Assembly (NCBI GenBank): GCA_032718475.1
Contig: JAUCBJ010004560.1
Span: forward strand, 1-37,197
From: Nemertoderma westbladi
Taxonomy: Eukaryota; Animalia; Xenacoelomorpha
Reading direction: 5' to 3'
Length of the DNA stretch: 37,197 nt
Shown: piece by piece, positions 1 through 10,270 of the stretch
How the letters are laid out: every line of letters starts with the position of its first letter
How positions within the stretch are numbered: position 1 is the stretch's first letter
The notes under the pieces: model-generated
The model's database searches: none
The model's input: only the letters and a program-made list of their open reading frames with translations
What the model was told of the DNA's origin: nothing
Position numbers and translations under genes: made by a program

Positions 1-383
1 TTCTCGACTATGCAGCATACTCGTCAATGCTGCATTTTCGACTATGTAGCATTCTCGACTATGTTACATACTCGACTATGCTACATTCTCGACTATGCAG
101 CATACTCGACTATGCTGCATTCTCGACTATGCAGCATACTCGACGATGCTGCATTCACGGCGATGCTGAATACTCGACTATGCTGCATTATCGATTATGC
201 TGCTTACTCGACTGTGCTGCATTCTCGACTATGCTACATACTCGACTATGCTGCATTCTCGACCATGCTGCATACTCGACTCTGCTGCATTCTCGAATAT
301 GCAGCATACTCGACTATGCTCCATTCTCGACTATGCTGCATTCTCGACTATGCAGCATACTCGACTATGCTGCATTCTTGACT
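1..383. repeat. 17-bp tandem repeat (CTCGACTATGCWGCATW), about 22 units, running off the left edge of the window
   Basis: Units start at 3, 20, 37 ... 360. They often alternate between CAGCATA and CTGCATT forms. The ORFs at 10-395 are translations of this repeat. Confidence 0.95.
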
Positions 384-394
384 TCCAGTAAATA

Positions 395-895
395 ATAATT
401 GCGGAACCGTTTCACCCCATTCCTCGCTCATTTGTTGCTTCCTACAGTCCGGTTAATTTTAAGTTTCAATTACCAATACTCATGACTGACTGACTGACTG
501 ACAGTCATATTTAAATTAATTTACCGTTATTCATACAGTAATTATTATTATGTTTATTGTAATCTCAATTTCTGAAGGCGCATACCTACCTCCGTCCGCC
601 AGTCCCAACGTACGTTGGAACTTCGCCCACACGAAGTCTAGATGCAGCCTTCTTTGCGCATCAGTACAATTAGTGAACCTGGTTATTCGCCCCCGAGCGG
701 CCGATAAAGGGACTATAGAAGTCTGTCTGTGTGTAGAATTTCTAAACTTTTTATTGAATACATGTGTACCAAGATTGACCTACTTTTAGCGTTCACATTT
801 TTCCAACGACGACAGCATATCAAGCAAGTTCACTAATCAACTAATTATATCGGCTGCGCAAAGGCTCACCTACACTTCGTGGCTCGCCCCACATT
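395..895 (+). mobile_element. Possible Helentron/HINE-like non-autonomous element with internal (TGAC)n and an ACTTCGTGGCTCGCCCCAC end motif
   Basis: (TGAC)5 at 483-502. The 19-mer at 874-892 recurs identically at 30663-30681, and 17 nt of it at 32074-32090. The left boundary and the class are inferred. Confidence 0.4.
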
Positions 896-2801
896 AATGG
901 TACTATAATATTCGGAATTTTATTTGTGAATTTTATTGGTTGAAGTTTTAATTATTATTATTTGATTTTTGTATATAATTACGTCTATCTCTCTATGTAT
1001 GGTTTGTTATTTTATATTTATGTATTAAAAAAACATACCGTGCTTACCTTAAAAGAAATTGAACAACATTGGGTTGTTATTATATACTTCGTATTATATT
1101 TGGAATCTTAAACTTATTATGTTTATATTTAATTATTAATTGGTGCTTATTAATATTTTCCAGTTGATATTCGAATGTCTTATTGCTATTTCAATGCTGT
1201 AAAATTATATCACCCAGATTTCTGATACATTTTTAGATTCTTTATTAATAGCACCCATCTGATGTGGTGCCGGTTTATGGCGTAAGAAATAATTATTCTT
1301 TCTTAGGATTCCGCAGACTGAAGCTATAATTACAGGAAACTCGCGGCAACCAAAATGAGAAAATATTGTAATAAAAACTAGGTTGTAATGGAATACGTAC
1401 TACGTACCACTTCAATCAATAGGTAGCTTTCTAGACGACAGAACACATATAGTATACATTGACGGACTTACCAAACTGTACAAAACTACTGAAATAACAC
1501 TACTTTAGTGCAATAAAATATTAACACTAATTTACTAACTCATTAAAACTGAATACGTGAAACTGCAAGACTGGATCATTGTCAACAAACTTTCAATAAA
1601 TTGAAAGATAACGAGTATTTGCTGTTCCAATGCCCGGCAAACTGTTACAATAATGTCCAATGTCCATCCCTTGGCACAAATAAACGCCCGAAAATGTCAA
1701 GCAAATTTTATAGATAACAAAATTTAATAAAAAATCTATTGCGAACCTTATCAAAATCTAAACACTTCAGGAATCTTTTTCAAATTACAGCAATGAGAAA
1801 CGGGACAATAGGATGGTTAAAATTATAAAAATAGATTTTTGGAATATTTATCATCCCGTACGGAATCCTTATTCAGGCAAAGACAACTTTAAACTGCAGT
1901 AAGTTAGACCGGTAATGAGAATGTGATCCCATGGCCTTTTTCAAATGAAGGCAAATTCTGCCAATTTACACACTAAGAACATAGTTACAACTCACATACT
2001 GGTACAATTAAAACAAAAGCAAACAAAATAATTAGACCAATATCTTCCAAGAACATGCGGCTCCAATATATAAATTATTTTATATTTGACCATTTTACAA
2101 ACTTTTTCGTTTCATTTAGCATTATTTTATTCAATACAAAAGCAATTGATTGGACAACAAGCCAATATAGTGGCTTTTATGAGCGCCCGTTTGCCATATT
2201 TTTATATATACAAGCAATAACACCGGTACACAATTAATATATGATATGTAAACGCTCGACAGAATATATTGCGAGTAATATAAATGTAAATAAAGTCTCA
2301 AGCAGACGTACACACATGCACCCCAATAACCCACACACACACATGCAACGCCCGAGCAGCCCCGATACGCAGCACCGAAGGCGCCAAAAACAGCGTGCAG
2401 AACGAGCCGTAATGGTCATTTGAATAGGTAACATATTTTTTAAGTAAGATTGCGTGTTAGCACATTATCTGGTGCCAGAAGCAGGCCTTTCAAGGGGTGC
2501 AGTAGTTAGACCTAACATCATGGTATTATTCACAGATATGTTGCCCTGAAAGAAAAGTGGCCCACACCCGGTTGAGTAAGGGCTACCTCTGCGGGTGTAA
2601 GATTAATCCCACGCCCGGGGTGAAAGCGTGGACTAGAGCCCGGGAGGAGGTGGCCCACACCCGGGCGGGTAAAGGCGGCCAAGAACAGTATGATTGAGCA
2701 CAGTGACAGTAGGTGGTCGTATTGACAGCTGGGAGGACATGAGGAGGTAAATTGCGGACAAACAAGGTATCAGGTAGTATTTCCAGGTCTATCTTTTACC
2801 T

Positions 2802-2875
2802 GAGCCGCTAGCTGAATGGTTAGAACGTCAGACTTCCAACCCGGAGGTCACCAGTTCGATCACACCTGTATGTCA
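2802..2875 (+). pseudogene. tRNA-derived SINE head or tRNA(Gly-TCC)-like pseudogene
   Basis: A-box-like TAGCTGAATGGTTAG, CTTCCAA anticodon-like loop and B-box-like AGTTCGATC at tRNA spacing. The acceptor and T stems do not pair. Confidence 0.7.
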
Positions 2876-3625
2876 TTGCGACTTTCCAAAGTTGTTCCCA
2901 ACAAAAGTTATATTAAAAAAGGTAGCAAAGCGGTTTAATAATTTAATTAAATAATATAAGTTAATTAATATTTCAACCCACAACCTCAATACATTATTAT
3001 AATTCCCGTCTGTGACATGACAAAGTTAAAATACTTAGTCTTGACTCACTTTCATAAGAACCTCATATCTGCCACCCGTTATTGTTTACTCAATAAATAT
3101 TACTGTACAGTATTGGGGTCTCACTACTCCATTCCCAATTTAGGAATACTCCTACACAAACGAACACCCGACTCTACAGCTCTATCATTAGGTGATTAGG
3201 ATACTTCTCCTCAATAAAGTTGAATTAAATTAGTTAATGTATAATTACCAAAGCAATAACAATAAATGAATTGTTGTGGGGTGGAGTGACAGGGGTGTGA
3301 CAATGAATAAAAAATATATATAGGGCCTAATGTAATAGAATAGTATGGTAACATAGTACAGCAACATGGTAGCATAGCGTAAAATATCAACGGACCCTAT
3401 TGTGACTCGAACCCGGTACCTAGGTTTCAAACTTCAGGTTACATACAACACGGCTCCAAAATATCCATATACAGTAAAACTAGTATATAGTTGTATATCC
3501 TGTTCTCGCGGATTTACCACGCGGACTAAACTACGGATCCCTAATCAGCTAATGGGACATTAAAAAAAATAATTGTTGCTAACTCGTGCGAACGTGCAAA
3601 CATAATTAATTTGTAATGTCATTTC

Positions 3626-3640
3626 CGCGGGAAATTTAAA
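3626..3640 (+). promoter_or_regulatory. CDE/E2F-CHR-like element upstream of the PLPP gene
   Basis: CGCGG-GAAA-TTTAAA: CDE-like core, 4-nt spacer and CHR variant, about 360 bp before the ATG. Confidence 0.35.
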
Positions 3641-3995
3641 TACGTTTCCAAGATATCCTTGTCAGCTTGTATCAAAATCAAGGTTGATCAAAATCAAGCA
3701 GTCAAGTTCGCCGCTAGGCCATACTGCCATCGTTGCCATGCATAGACCAAACCGGACAAATTTAACACAAACGGGACGGGGCTATCTTACTGCAGTAACG
3801 GTACTGTCTTACAAAGTACTGAAGTACGAATTAAATATGGCCTGACCTAGCGGCAGAGCGGTGTACATTATTAGACCTACAATATCTACCGGTATTCACT
3901 ATTCAGCTATTACCGTATTATACAGTTGTATCATATTTGGTTGTTAGGTTAAGGTACCAGTAGCAACGACCTGACGACAAAACTTGTTATGAACT

Positions 3996-4892
3996 ATGAA
4001 ATTCTGGCAAAGAATAAAAAGACAGCGATGGGTCTGTCTTTATTCCAATAAAGTTCCACGGAAACATCCGTTATCAGAGATTTACGGTCTAGAATTAGCT
4101 GGCGATGTATTTGTTCGGGTGGTCCTGATAGTATTGTTTCTGATTCTGGAGGAGATGGAGCCATTCCATCGAGTAATCCAGCCCGAGGAGTGGTGGTTAT
4201 ACCGCAACCCTAGAAGTAATTCATACGTAACGACCCCCATCTTATTCGCCATTTCCTTAACGCTGCCTCTTCTAGTGGTCGCTGTGGCTAGTTTCTGCAG
4301 GAAATGTCGGCAGGAGCTGAAACAAGGTCTACTGTCGTCCACCATGGCCATACTACTCAACGTCTTCCTCACGGACTGCGTGAAACTGATCGTGGGACGC
4401 CCGCGACCGGACTACTACTGGCGGTGCTATCCCAACGGCACTGCGTCCCCTGGGAGTCCTTGTTCCGGGGACCCGGACTCTATCCGAGAAGGTCGCAAGA
4501 GTTTCCCCAGCGGGCACTCCAGTCTAGCGTTCGCGAGTCTGGGTTTCTGTTCCTTGTACCTTTGCGGTAAACTCGAGGTGTTTTCTATCGGCCGAGGACG
4601 TATTTGGCGTGTCTTATTGGCCGGATCTCCCATCGCTTTTGCCTCTATGACGGCCTTATCCCGCACTGCGGATTATCACCACCATTGGCAGGACGTGTCC
4701 GTTGGTTCGCTTTTAGGATTTATCGTCGCGCTGTTGGCTTACCGACAATTCTACCCACCCTTGACCCACAATTTCTGCGGGTTGCCTTACGTTGTGCTAC
4801 ACTCTTACGAGATGGAATTAACGAATTCTAATAAACCAATTTCTAGCGATTATTCCCAAGACTACGCCATTCCTTCCATTAAGATCATTTAG
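3996..4892 (+). CDS. PLPP5: Phospholipid phosphatase 4/5-like (PAP2 family, PPAPDC1 type), 298 aa, single coding exon
   Basis: PAP2 motifs C1 KLIVGRPRP, C2 PSGH, C3 SRTADYHHHWQD. PFHRVIQPEEWWLYRNP and EGRKSFPSGHSS are typical of PLPP4/5. Several hydrophobic segments; AATAAA near 5056. Confidence 0.93.
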   Translation: MKFWQRIKRQRWVCLYSNKVPRKHPLSEIYGLELAGDVFVRVVLIVLFLILEEMEPFHRVIQPEEWWLYRNPRSNSYVTTPILFAISLTLPLLVVAVASFCRKCRQELKQGLLSSTMAILLNVFLTDCVKLIVGRPRPDYYWRCYPNGTASPGSPCSGDPDSIREGRKSFPSGHSSLAFASLGFCSLYLCGKLEVFSIGRGRIWRVLLAGSPIAFASMTALSRTADYHHHWQDVSVGSLLGFIVALLAYRQFYPPLTHNFCGLPYVVLHSYEMELTNSNKPISSDYSQDYAIPSIKII

Positions 4893-6023
4893 ATAACATT
4901 CTAAATGAACTCCTCTCAAGTTTATGACGATATTTTTTATCTGTATTTTTGTCAATATTTAATTCTGTGGCAGTTGGAGTTTTATGTTTATTATTATTAT
5001 TTTAAATATTATACTTGGGTTTAGTGCAACTGGAGTGGTTGGGTCGCCGCTCCTAATAAAATATTATACAATTTTCAGGCGTTTTTTGTTCTGTGGCAGG
5101 ACTGGTGTTCTGTGTGTGTTCTGGACCGGGACGGTAATGGTTGTCTGAAGCGCCGGTAGAAACAGAGAGTTTCTCGTCAACAAGTTAACCACACCGACTA
5201 GCGGAGGGACATTATTATTATTGCCGCGGCACTGCTACAACACCCACCACAATTCACCCCCCCCCCCCCCCCCCCCCCCCCCCAATTCCAATTAAATAAA
5301 TATAAATGACAAGTTAACTTTTATTTTCAACTAATTTTGACTTGTTTATTTTAATTAAACAATGTAATAGTTGAAAATTAAACTAAAACTTAACTAAATA
5401 CAAAATTTTGAATAATTCATATAACCATAGCAACGGTTGTTATAGCCGTTTTAAAAAGGGCCAAAACCTTCCAAACCATATTGAGTACGGCCTTTCATAT
5501 GGTTAGCACCACTATAGCACACCACCACATTCCCCTGGGCCTGGATCCATATTGATCAACTTTGATCCATGTCTTCCCCCATTACACAAAATGTAGACCT
5601 GGACACATTTGGAAAACCAAACCCACCCTTGAATACAGACATTCAGGCACTTGGATTAACGTTTTCATGCAACTCACAGGTTGAATTGACTTTGAATCTA
5701 CCGCGATTAAGGCCCCCTGTGGGTTGATTTACAGTAGTACAACAGCTGTGGTTGGCGGAGCCGTTATTTACATTCACGACATTCTACAGCTGCTGCAGTC
5801 AAACTCTCTTCTATGGCGCCGAAATGCACAATAGCTTACTACGGGGGTTGTACACAGTCAATAGCAAACCCTTCCCCATAGGCCTTTCAAGGCATTTTAA
5901 TGTAAATTATAACAAGAGGCCCGTAATGGAAAGTAAGGGCTTAACCAGCTTCTCCATGCTACGCTAAACGTGATAAAGTTTTATTTATGTGGGGATGCAA
6001 TATAACTTTAAAAAATATAATAA

Positions 6024-6262
6024 TGTAGTGAGCGCGATTCTCGCATTAGCGCGACTCACATCATTTCAACGTAATATATTCAGATATTACAGTCAGGAAC
6101 ATGTACTATGTTGACACCAGGACAGCTGGTGTGGCACCGGTAGGTACATATATAAAACCAGTAAACGGTAGTATGAGTGTAATATGAAGACTGACACGGA
6201 CAGCAGTATGTTGTCCGTCGAAAGTGAAAGTATCTCACGGTTCGATATCTGTTACCGCTACA
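6024..6262 (-). repeat. 3' LTR, 239 bp, TGTAG...CTACA termini
   Basis: Minus strand begins TGTAGCGG right after the PPT and ends CACTACA, giving canonical TG...CA ends with a short inverted repeat. Confidence 0.85.
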
Positions 6263-6283
6263 CTACTCCCCCCAGAACCGTGA

Positions 6284-7510
6284 TTAAAAAAAATACTTCG
6301 GCTGTCGGATTTCCCGCCCACTTCGAGTAGTTACGGGAAGTTCGGACGGAGTTTCCGCTAGGTGGGGTGAGGGAGTAGGAGGTTCAGCCGGGGTGGTACT
6401 GGCAGTGGGTGGTCGACCACGGCGTGGCGGGACGGCCACTGCAACGGGCTGGTCGATCGCGAGGTGGGCCGGTTTTAGTCTGTCGACGGATATAGTTTCG
6501 CGCCGACCACCCACCTCGACGATGAATGTTTTGGGCCCCCGTTCCGCTACTTTATACGGCCCAGTGTAGGGCCGCTGTAAGGGGCCGCGGTGTGCGTCAG
6601 TACGCACAAAGACGTACTCGCTTGTACTGAGCTGAGGAGGCACAGATGAGCCGGGTTTCCCGTGTCGCGAAGTTGGTGTCGGCACGAACTGCCTCGCGTG
6701 TTTGTGGAGGTCCTGAAGGAAGGCTGTGGATTCCGGTGGGTTGGTTGGCGAGGCGACGAAGTCACCGGGCACCGTTAGTGGTGAGCCGTACACCAACTCA
6801 GCCGAGGAGCAGTTCAGGTCTTCCTTTGGGGCGGTCCGGTTGCCGAGAAGGGCCCAGGGCAGTTCATCCACCCAGTTGGGGCCGGTTAGTCGGGCCCTCA
6901 GGGACGCCTTGAGGGAGCGGTGGAACCGTTCCACCAGACCGTTTGCCTGCGGGTGGTACGACGTGGTCCGGTGGAGTTTCGTCCCGAGGAGGCGGTTGAC
7001 TTCGGACCACAACTCCGAGGTGAACTGGGCGCCACGGTCGGAGGAGAGTTCGGCCGGGACGCCGAACCGGGCGATCCAGTGGGCGACGAGAGCGCGGGCG
7101 CAGGTCTCGGTTGTTGAGTCGGCGAGCGGAATGGCCTCGGGCCAACGCGTCGTCCGGTCGACGATGGTGAAGAGGTAGGTGAACCCTTGGGATGGAGGGA
7201 GGGGACCTACCAGGTCGACGTTAACGTGATCGAAGCGACGACGTGGGACAGTGAAGGTCTCCAGTGGAGCCTTCGTATGGCGCTGAACCTTGGAGGTCTG
7301 GCAGGCGACGCAGGCCTTGGCCCAGGCGGTTACCTGTTTGGCGAGGCCGTGCCAGACAAAGCGCTCCGAGATGAGCTTCCGAGTTGAGCGGATGGACGGA
7401 TGGGACAGGGAGTGGACTACGTCGAACACGCGACGGCGCCACGAACTCGGGACGAGCGGCCGGGGTTGGCCAGTCGAGACGTCGCAGAGAAGCGTGACGT
7501 CCTTCTCCAT
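6284..7510 (-). CDS. Gypsy integrase (C-terminal part of pol; frame stays open to about 7588)
   Basis: HHCC zinc finger (HSLSH...CVAC), DDE core (VNVDLVGP, SSDRGAQF, NGLVERFHR), GPY/F motif (PYTGPYKV) and tail TTRSGREIRQP. Confidence 0.92.
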   Translation of the reverse strand: MEKDVTLLCDVSTGQPRPLVPSSWRRRVFDVVHSLSHPSIRSTRKLISERFVWHGLAKQVTAWAKACVACQTSKVQRHTKAPLETFTVPRRRFDHVNVDLVGPLPPSQGFTYLFTIVDRTTRWPEAIPLADSTTETCARALVAHWIARFGVPAELSSDRGAQFTSELWSEVNRLLGTKLHRTTSYHPQANGLVERFHRSLKASLRARLTGPNWVDELPWALLGNRTAPKEDLNCSSAELVYGSPLTVPGDFVASPTNPPESTAFLQDLHKHARQFVPTPTSRHGKPGSSVPPQLSTSEYVFVRTDAHRGPLQRPYTGPYKVAERGPKTFIVEVGGRRETISVDRLKPAHLAIDQPVAVAVPPRRGRPPTASTTPAEPPTPSPHLAETPSELPVTTRSGREIRQPKYFF

Positions 7511-7633
7511 GAACGTGACGTCACGCAGGTCAAGGCTACCTGGGTTCCTCCGGAGGGTCTGGAGTTCGTTGTCCTCCCGCTGGGCGGCTTACCGCTTACC
7601 GGTATTTCTATAATACTGTAATTATAGGAATCG

Positions 7634-7820
7634 TACGGTGGCTGATCTTTCCCAATTAAAATATCTTTTTTTTACATTTTTTTCAGAAGTCATAACGTTT
7701 CAAAATCCATGACGTCATAATTTTTGGTCGACCATAAATTAATTTTTGGTCGACCATAATTTATGACGTCATGGAGAACTTCTGAAAAAAAAAATTAATT
7801 GGCAAAGATCAGCCATCGTA
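7634..7820. mobile_element. Palindromic MITE, about 185 bp
   Basis: TIRs TACGGTGGCTGATCTTTCCCAATTAA and TTAATTGGCAAAGATCAGCCATCGTA (2 mismatches). Inner inverted blocks TTCAGAAGT, CCATGACGTCATAA and GGTCGACC. Confidence 0.85.
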
Positions 7821-7998
7821 AAATCGTGTAATGTTAAATAAACTAATTTAATACCACCACAATATGTACAGTAGGCCTATGGTTAAATATGGTGGAAAGT
7901 TGCCATAGCAAAGCAACAGACAAACTACGGAATTATTTGAGATGTTTGAAGGGATGTTTGAACATATGTACTGTAGAGTATATTGGGATACCACAGTT

Positions 7999-8055
7999 GT
8001 AAATACAGTAGTAGGGGGCCTACTGTGGAAGTAAATACAGTAGTAGGGGGCCTAC
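7999..8055. repeat. Direct duplication of GTAAATACAGTAGTAGGGGGCCTACT
   Basis: Two identical copies 32 bp apart. Confidence 0.85.
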
Positions 8056-9714
8056 TAACTGTGAAAGTAAATAATCTATGCAACAATCAAAATAACGTGA
8101 TAAGAAAACAATAACAACTTATACAGTATTTTGTAGACCTAATAATATCTATTAATATACTCATTATACTGTATTATGTCCATCAATGACAGCCTACTGC
8201 TGTACTGGAATAACCACTATGCCCAAATAATTTTGTATCCATCAATAAATAATTGCTGATCTATAATTAGAGTGTAAAATCTCGAGTACTGGAACGGGAT
8301 TTTTAAAAATATTCAACTAGGTTTAAAAAGGTTCAACTAAGGTTGGCCTGCGGAGATGGTAAGGTCGATGTACTGTAGTATATGGACTTATTCGAATGTT
8401 TGACAGTAATTTTTTAAATTTATCCTTATTAAGTATTTTATAGCGCTTATTTCTATCTTATAGCCTGTCCAGATACTAATTCGTTTATTGTTTTGGTTAG
8501 ATTTAGATTCAATCCTTCTGTAACTGGGTTTTAGTGAAAACCTATGGCCTGGTATACTTCACATGGGCGACCAACACACCATACCAAGCCCAATCCGTCA
8601 TTTAATTATTATTCCCGATTGTGGTCATTATAAAATGGAACCAGCACTGGTAACTGAAAGTATTGATTGTTCTTCCCCGCTCGTTAACGAATAATCTTCC
8701 CCTAGCTAGCTAACATGGGCTGGGCTGGAACGCACATACATGTTTGACGACCAATGAATTACTCTGTTATTTATTTAGACGGTTTAATCTGTAGGCACCA
8801 GCTGCCTTCTCTCCCATCATCGTAAAGCCGTGAGAACTCCTGTAAATCTCCATTGAACGAGGAACTCATATCGTTTTCGCTTTATTGGTTTGACGCTGTT
8901 TCCTGTTTGCGTTTGGAATATTCCATCAGGGAGCCTGACAATGTATGTGTATGCTTCTGCTTCTGCTTCACAGTGAATGTTTTTATCGTCAATTATATTA
9001 TTTATTAGGTTTTTAGAGTTTTTTTACGTTCATTAAATGACTGCAGTAAACTTTCCATTATTAACAATGTTAATTATGTAATTTAGGCCTGCAGTAATAT
9101 TACTAACGTAAAGTGTTCCGGATGTGTGCTTTGGTGTTATTTTATGTAGCGTGTAACAGTGTGAGTTGTGTTAATAAGTTTGTTGATAAGTGCTTTTTTA
9201 TGTAAGTTATCGAGTACCTGTATTAAATACAGTATATAAATAAACGTACGGTATGGTGCCTCATTTGTTAGATTAGCATTGTACAGTAGGCCTATCCAAT
9301 ACACACCATGCACTGGACCACTGGACGTATGATTTTGATTTATGTGTTGTGTGTAGTCCTCAAGAAGACTGCGTACGGGTACGCGGTAATACATTAAAAA
9401 TATACAAGGATAACAAGAGTTTTTTTACATGCTGCTCGAAGGGAAAATCGACCTCTCATGACAAAATTTTTTAACAACATTAAATACCTGCACTGAACTG
9501 CCTGTATATCGAATTTCAGATAAATTTAATGAAAATCGAGGAAATGACGCACATTTTAAATTACAATTTTTGCAAAAATTATAAAAACTCTCAACCTTGA
9601 GTTTGTGACGTGCTACTCGAAACGGAAATAGCAATATATAGAAAATATTTTTTTCGCAGTTGGTCACTATAGTATATAGATTAAGGCATAAGGCGAGCAC
9701 AGCGTTACTGACAG

Positions 9715-9825
9715 GACAGGAAGTCCGGAAGAAGGTTATGGCCATGGCCCGCGTTGCGCATTTGCGTATTGCATGTCAATTCCATTGCACATTAGCATTC
9801 CATTACGGACGGTAAAGGCCAATAG
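9715..9825 (+). promoter_or_regulatory. Putative ANKLE2 promoter (ETS-, YY1-, NRF1-like motifs and CCAAT)
   Basis: GGAAGTCCGGAAG, ATGGCCATGGC, TGCGCATTTGCG and GGCCAAT clustered in a GC-richer patch about 450-550 bp before the ATG. Confidence 0.35.
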
Positions 9826-10270
9826 TCAGGCTTAGGCACGCTGATTGTTCAATTAATTTTGCACAAAGCTGCAAAGCTATATTTTTCTCCAATAAAGTTT
9901 TTAAACTTTCTTCTTTGCTAATTAGGAATGCAGGGGAGCGGATATGGTATGGCACTGGTAGTTTGAATATAAGGAAGCCAACCAGGCACCAGGCAACCAA
10001 TAAAATAGCATGTAACGTTACGGGTTAAGGAGGAAAGATAGCCAGAGAGCAGTGTAGGTTAATATCTAAACTTTAGTGTTTTGTAGGATATACTGATATA
10101 GTATAGGGCCTAGTGGGATGTACTGATATACTGATATAGGAGGCACAAACTTGTGTTAGATGTAATTAGTTTTATTTATTTATTATTTAAATGTTGCTCT
10201 ATGATTGATTATTAAACCTATTTTATGTTACCGGTAAATGTTTTTGTAGGCCTATATTATTTAATGGCAA

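Larger units (their letters stand above)
6024..7590 (-). mobile_element. 5'-truncated Ty3/Gypsy LTR retrotransposon: integrase, polypurine tract and 3' LTR
   Basis: Integrase ORF, then PPT GGGGGGAGTAG (6263-6273, minus) abutting an LTR. GC content is much higher than the flanks and there is an abrupt junction near 7590. Confidence 0.93.

Noticed and set aside
10-395. Three ORFs in the left-end repeat
   Set aside because: Artefacts of a stop-free 17-bp tandem unit.
2802-2875. Functional tRNA-Gly
   Set aside because: Acceptor and T stems do not pair; treated as a SINE head or pseudogene.
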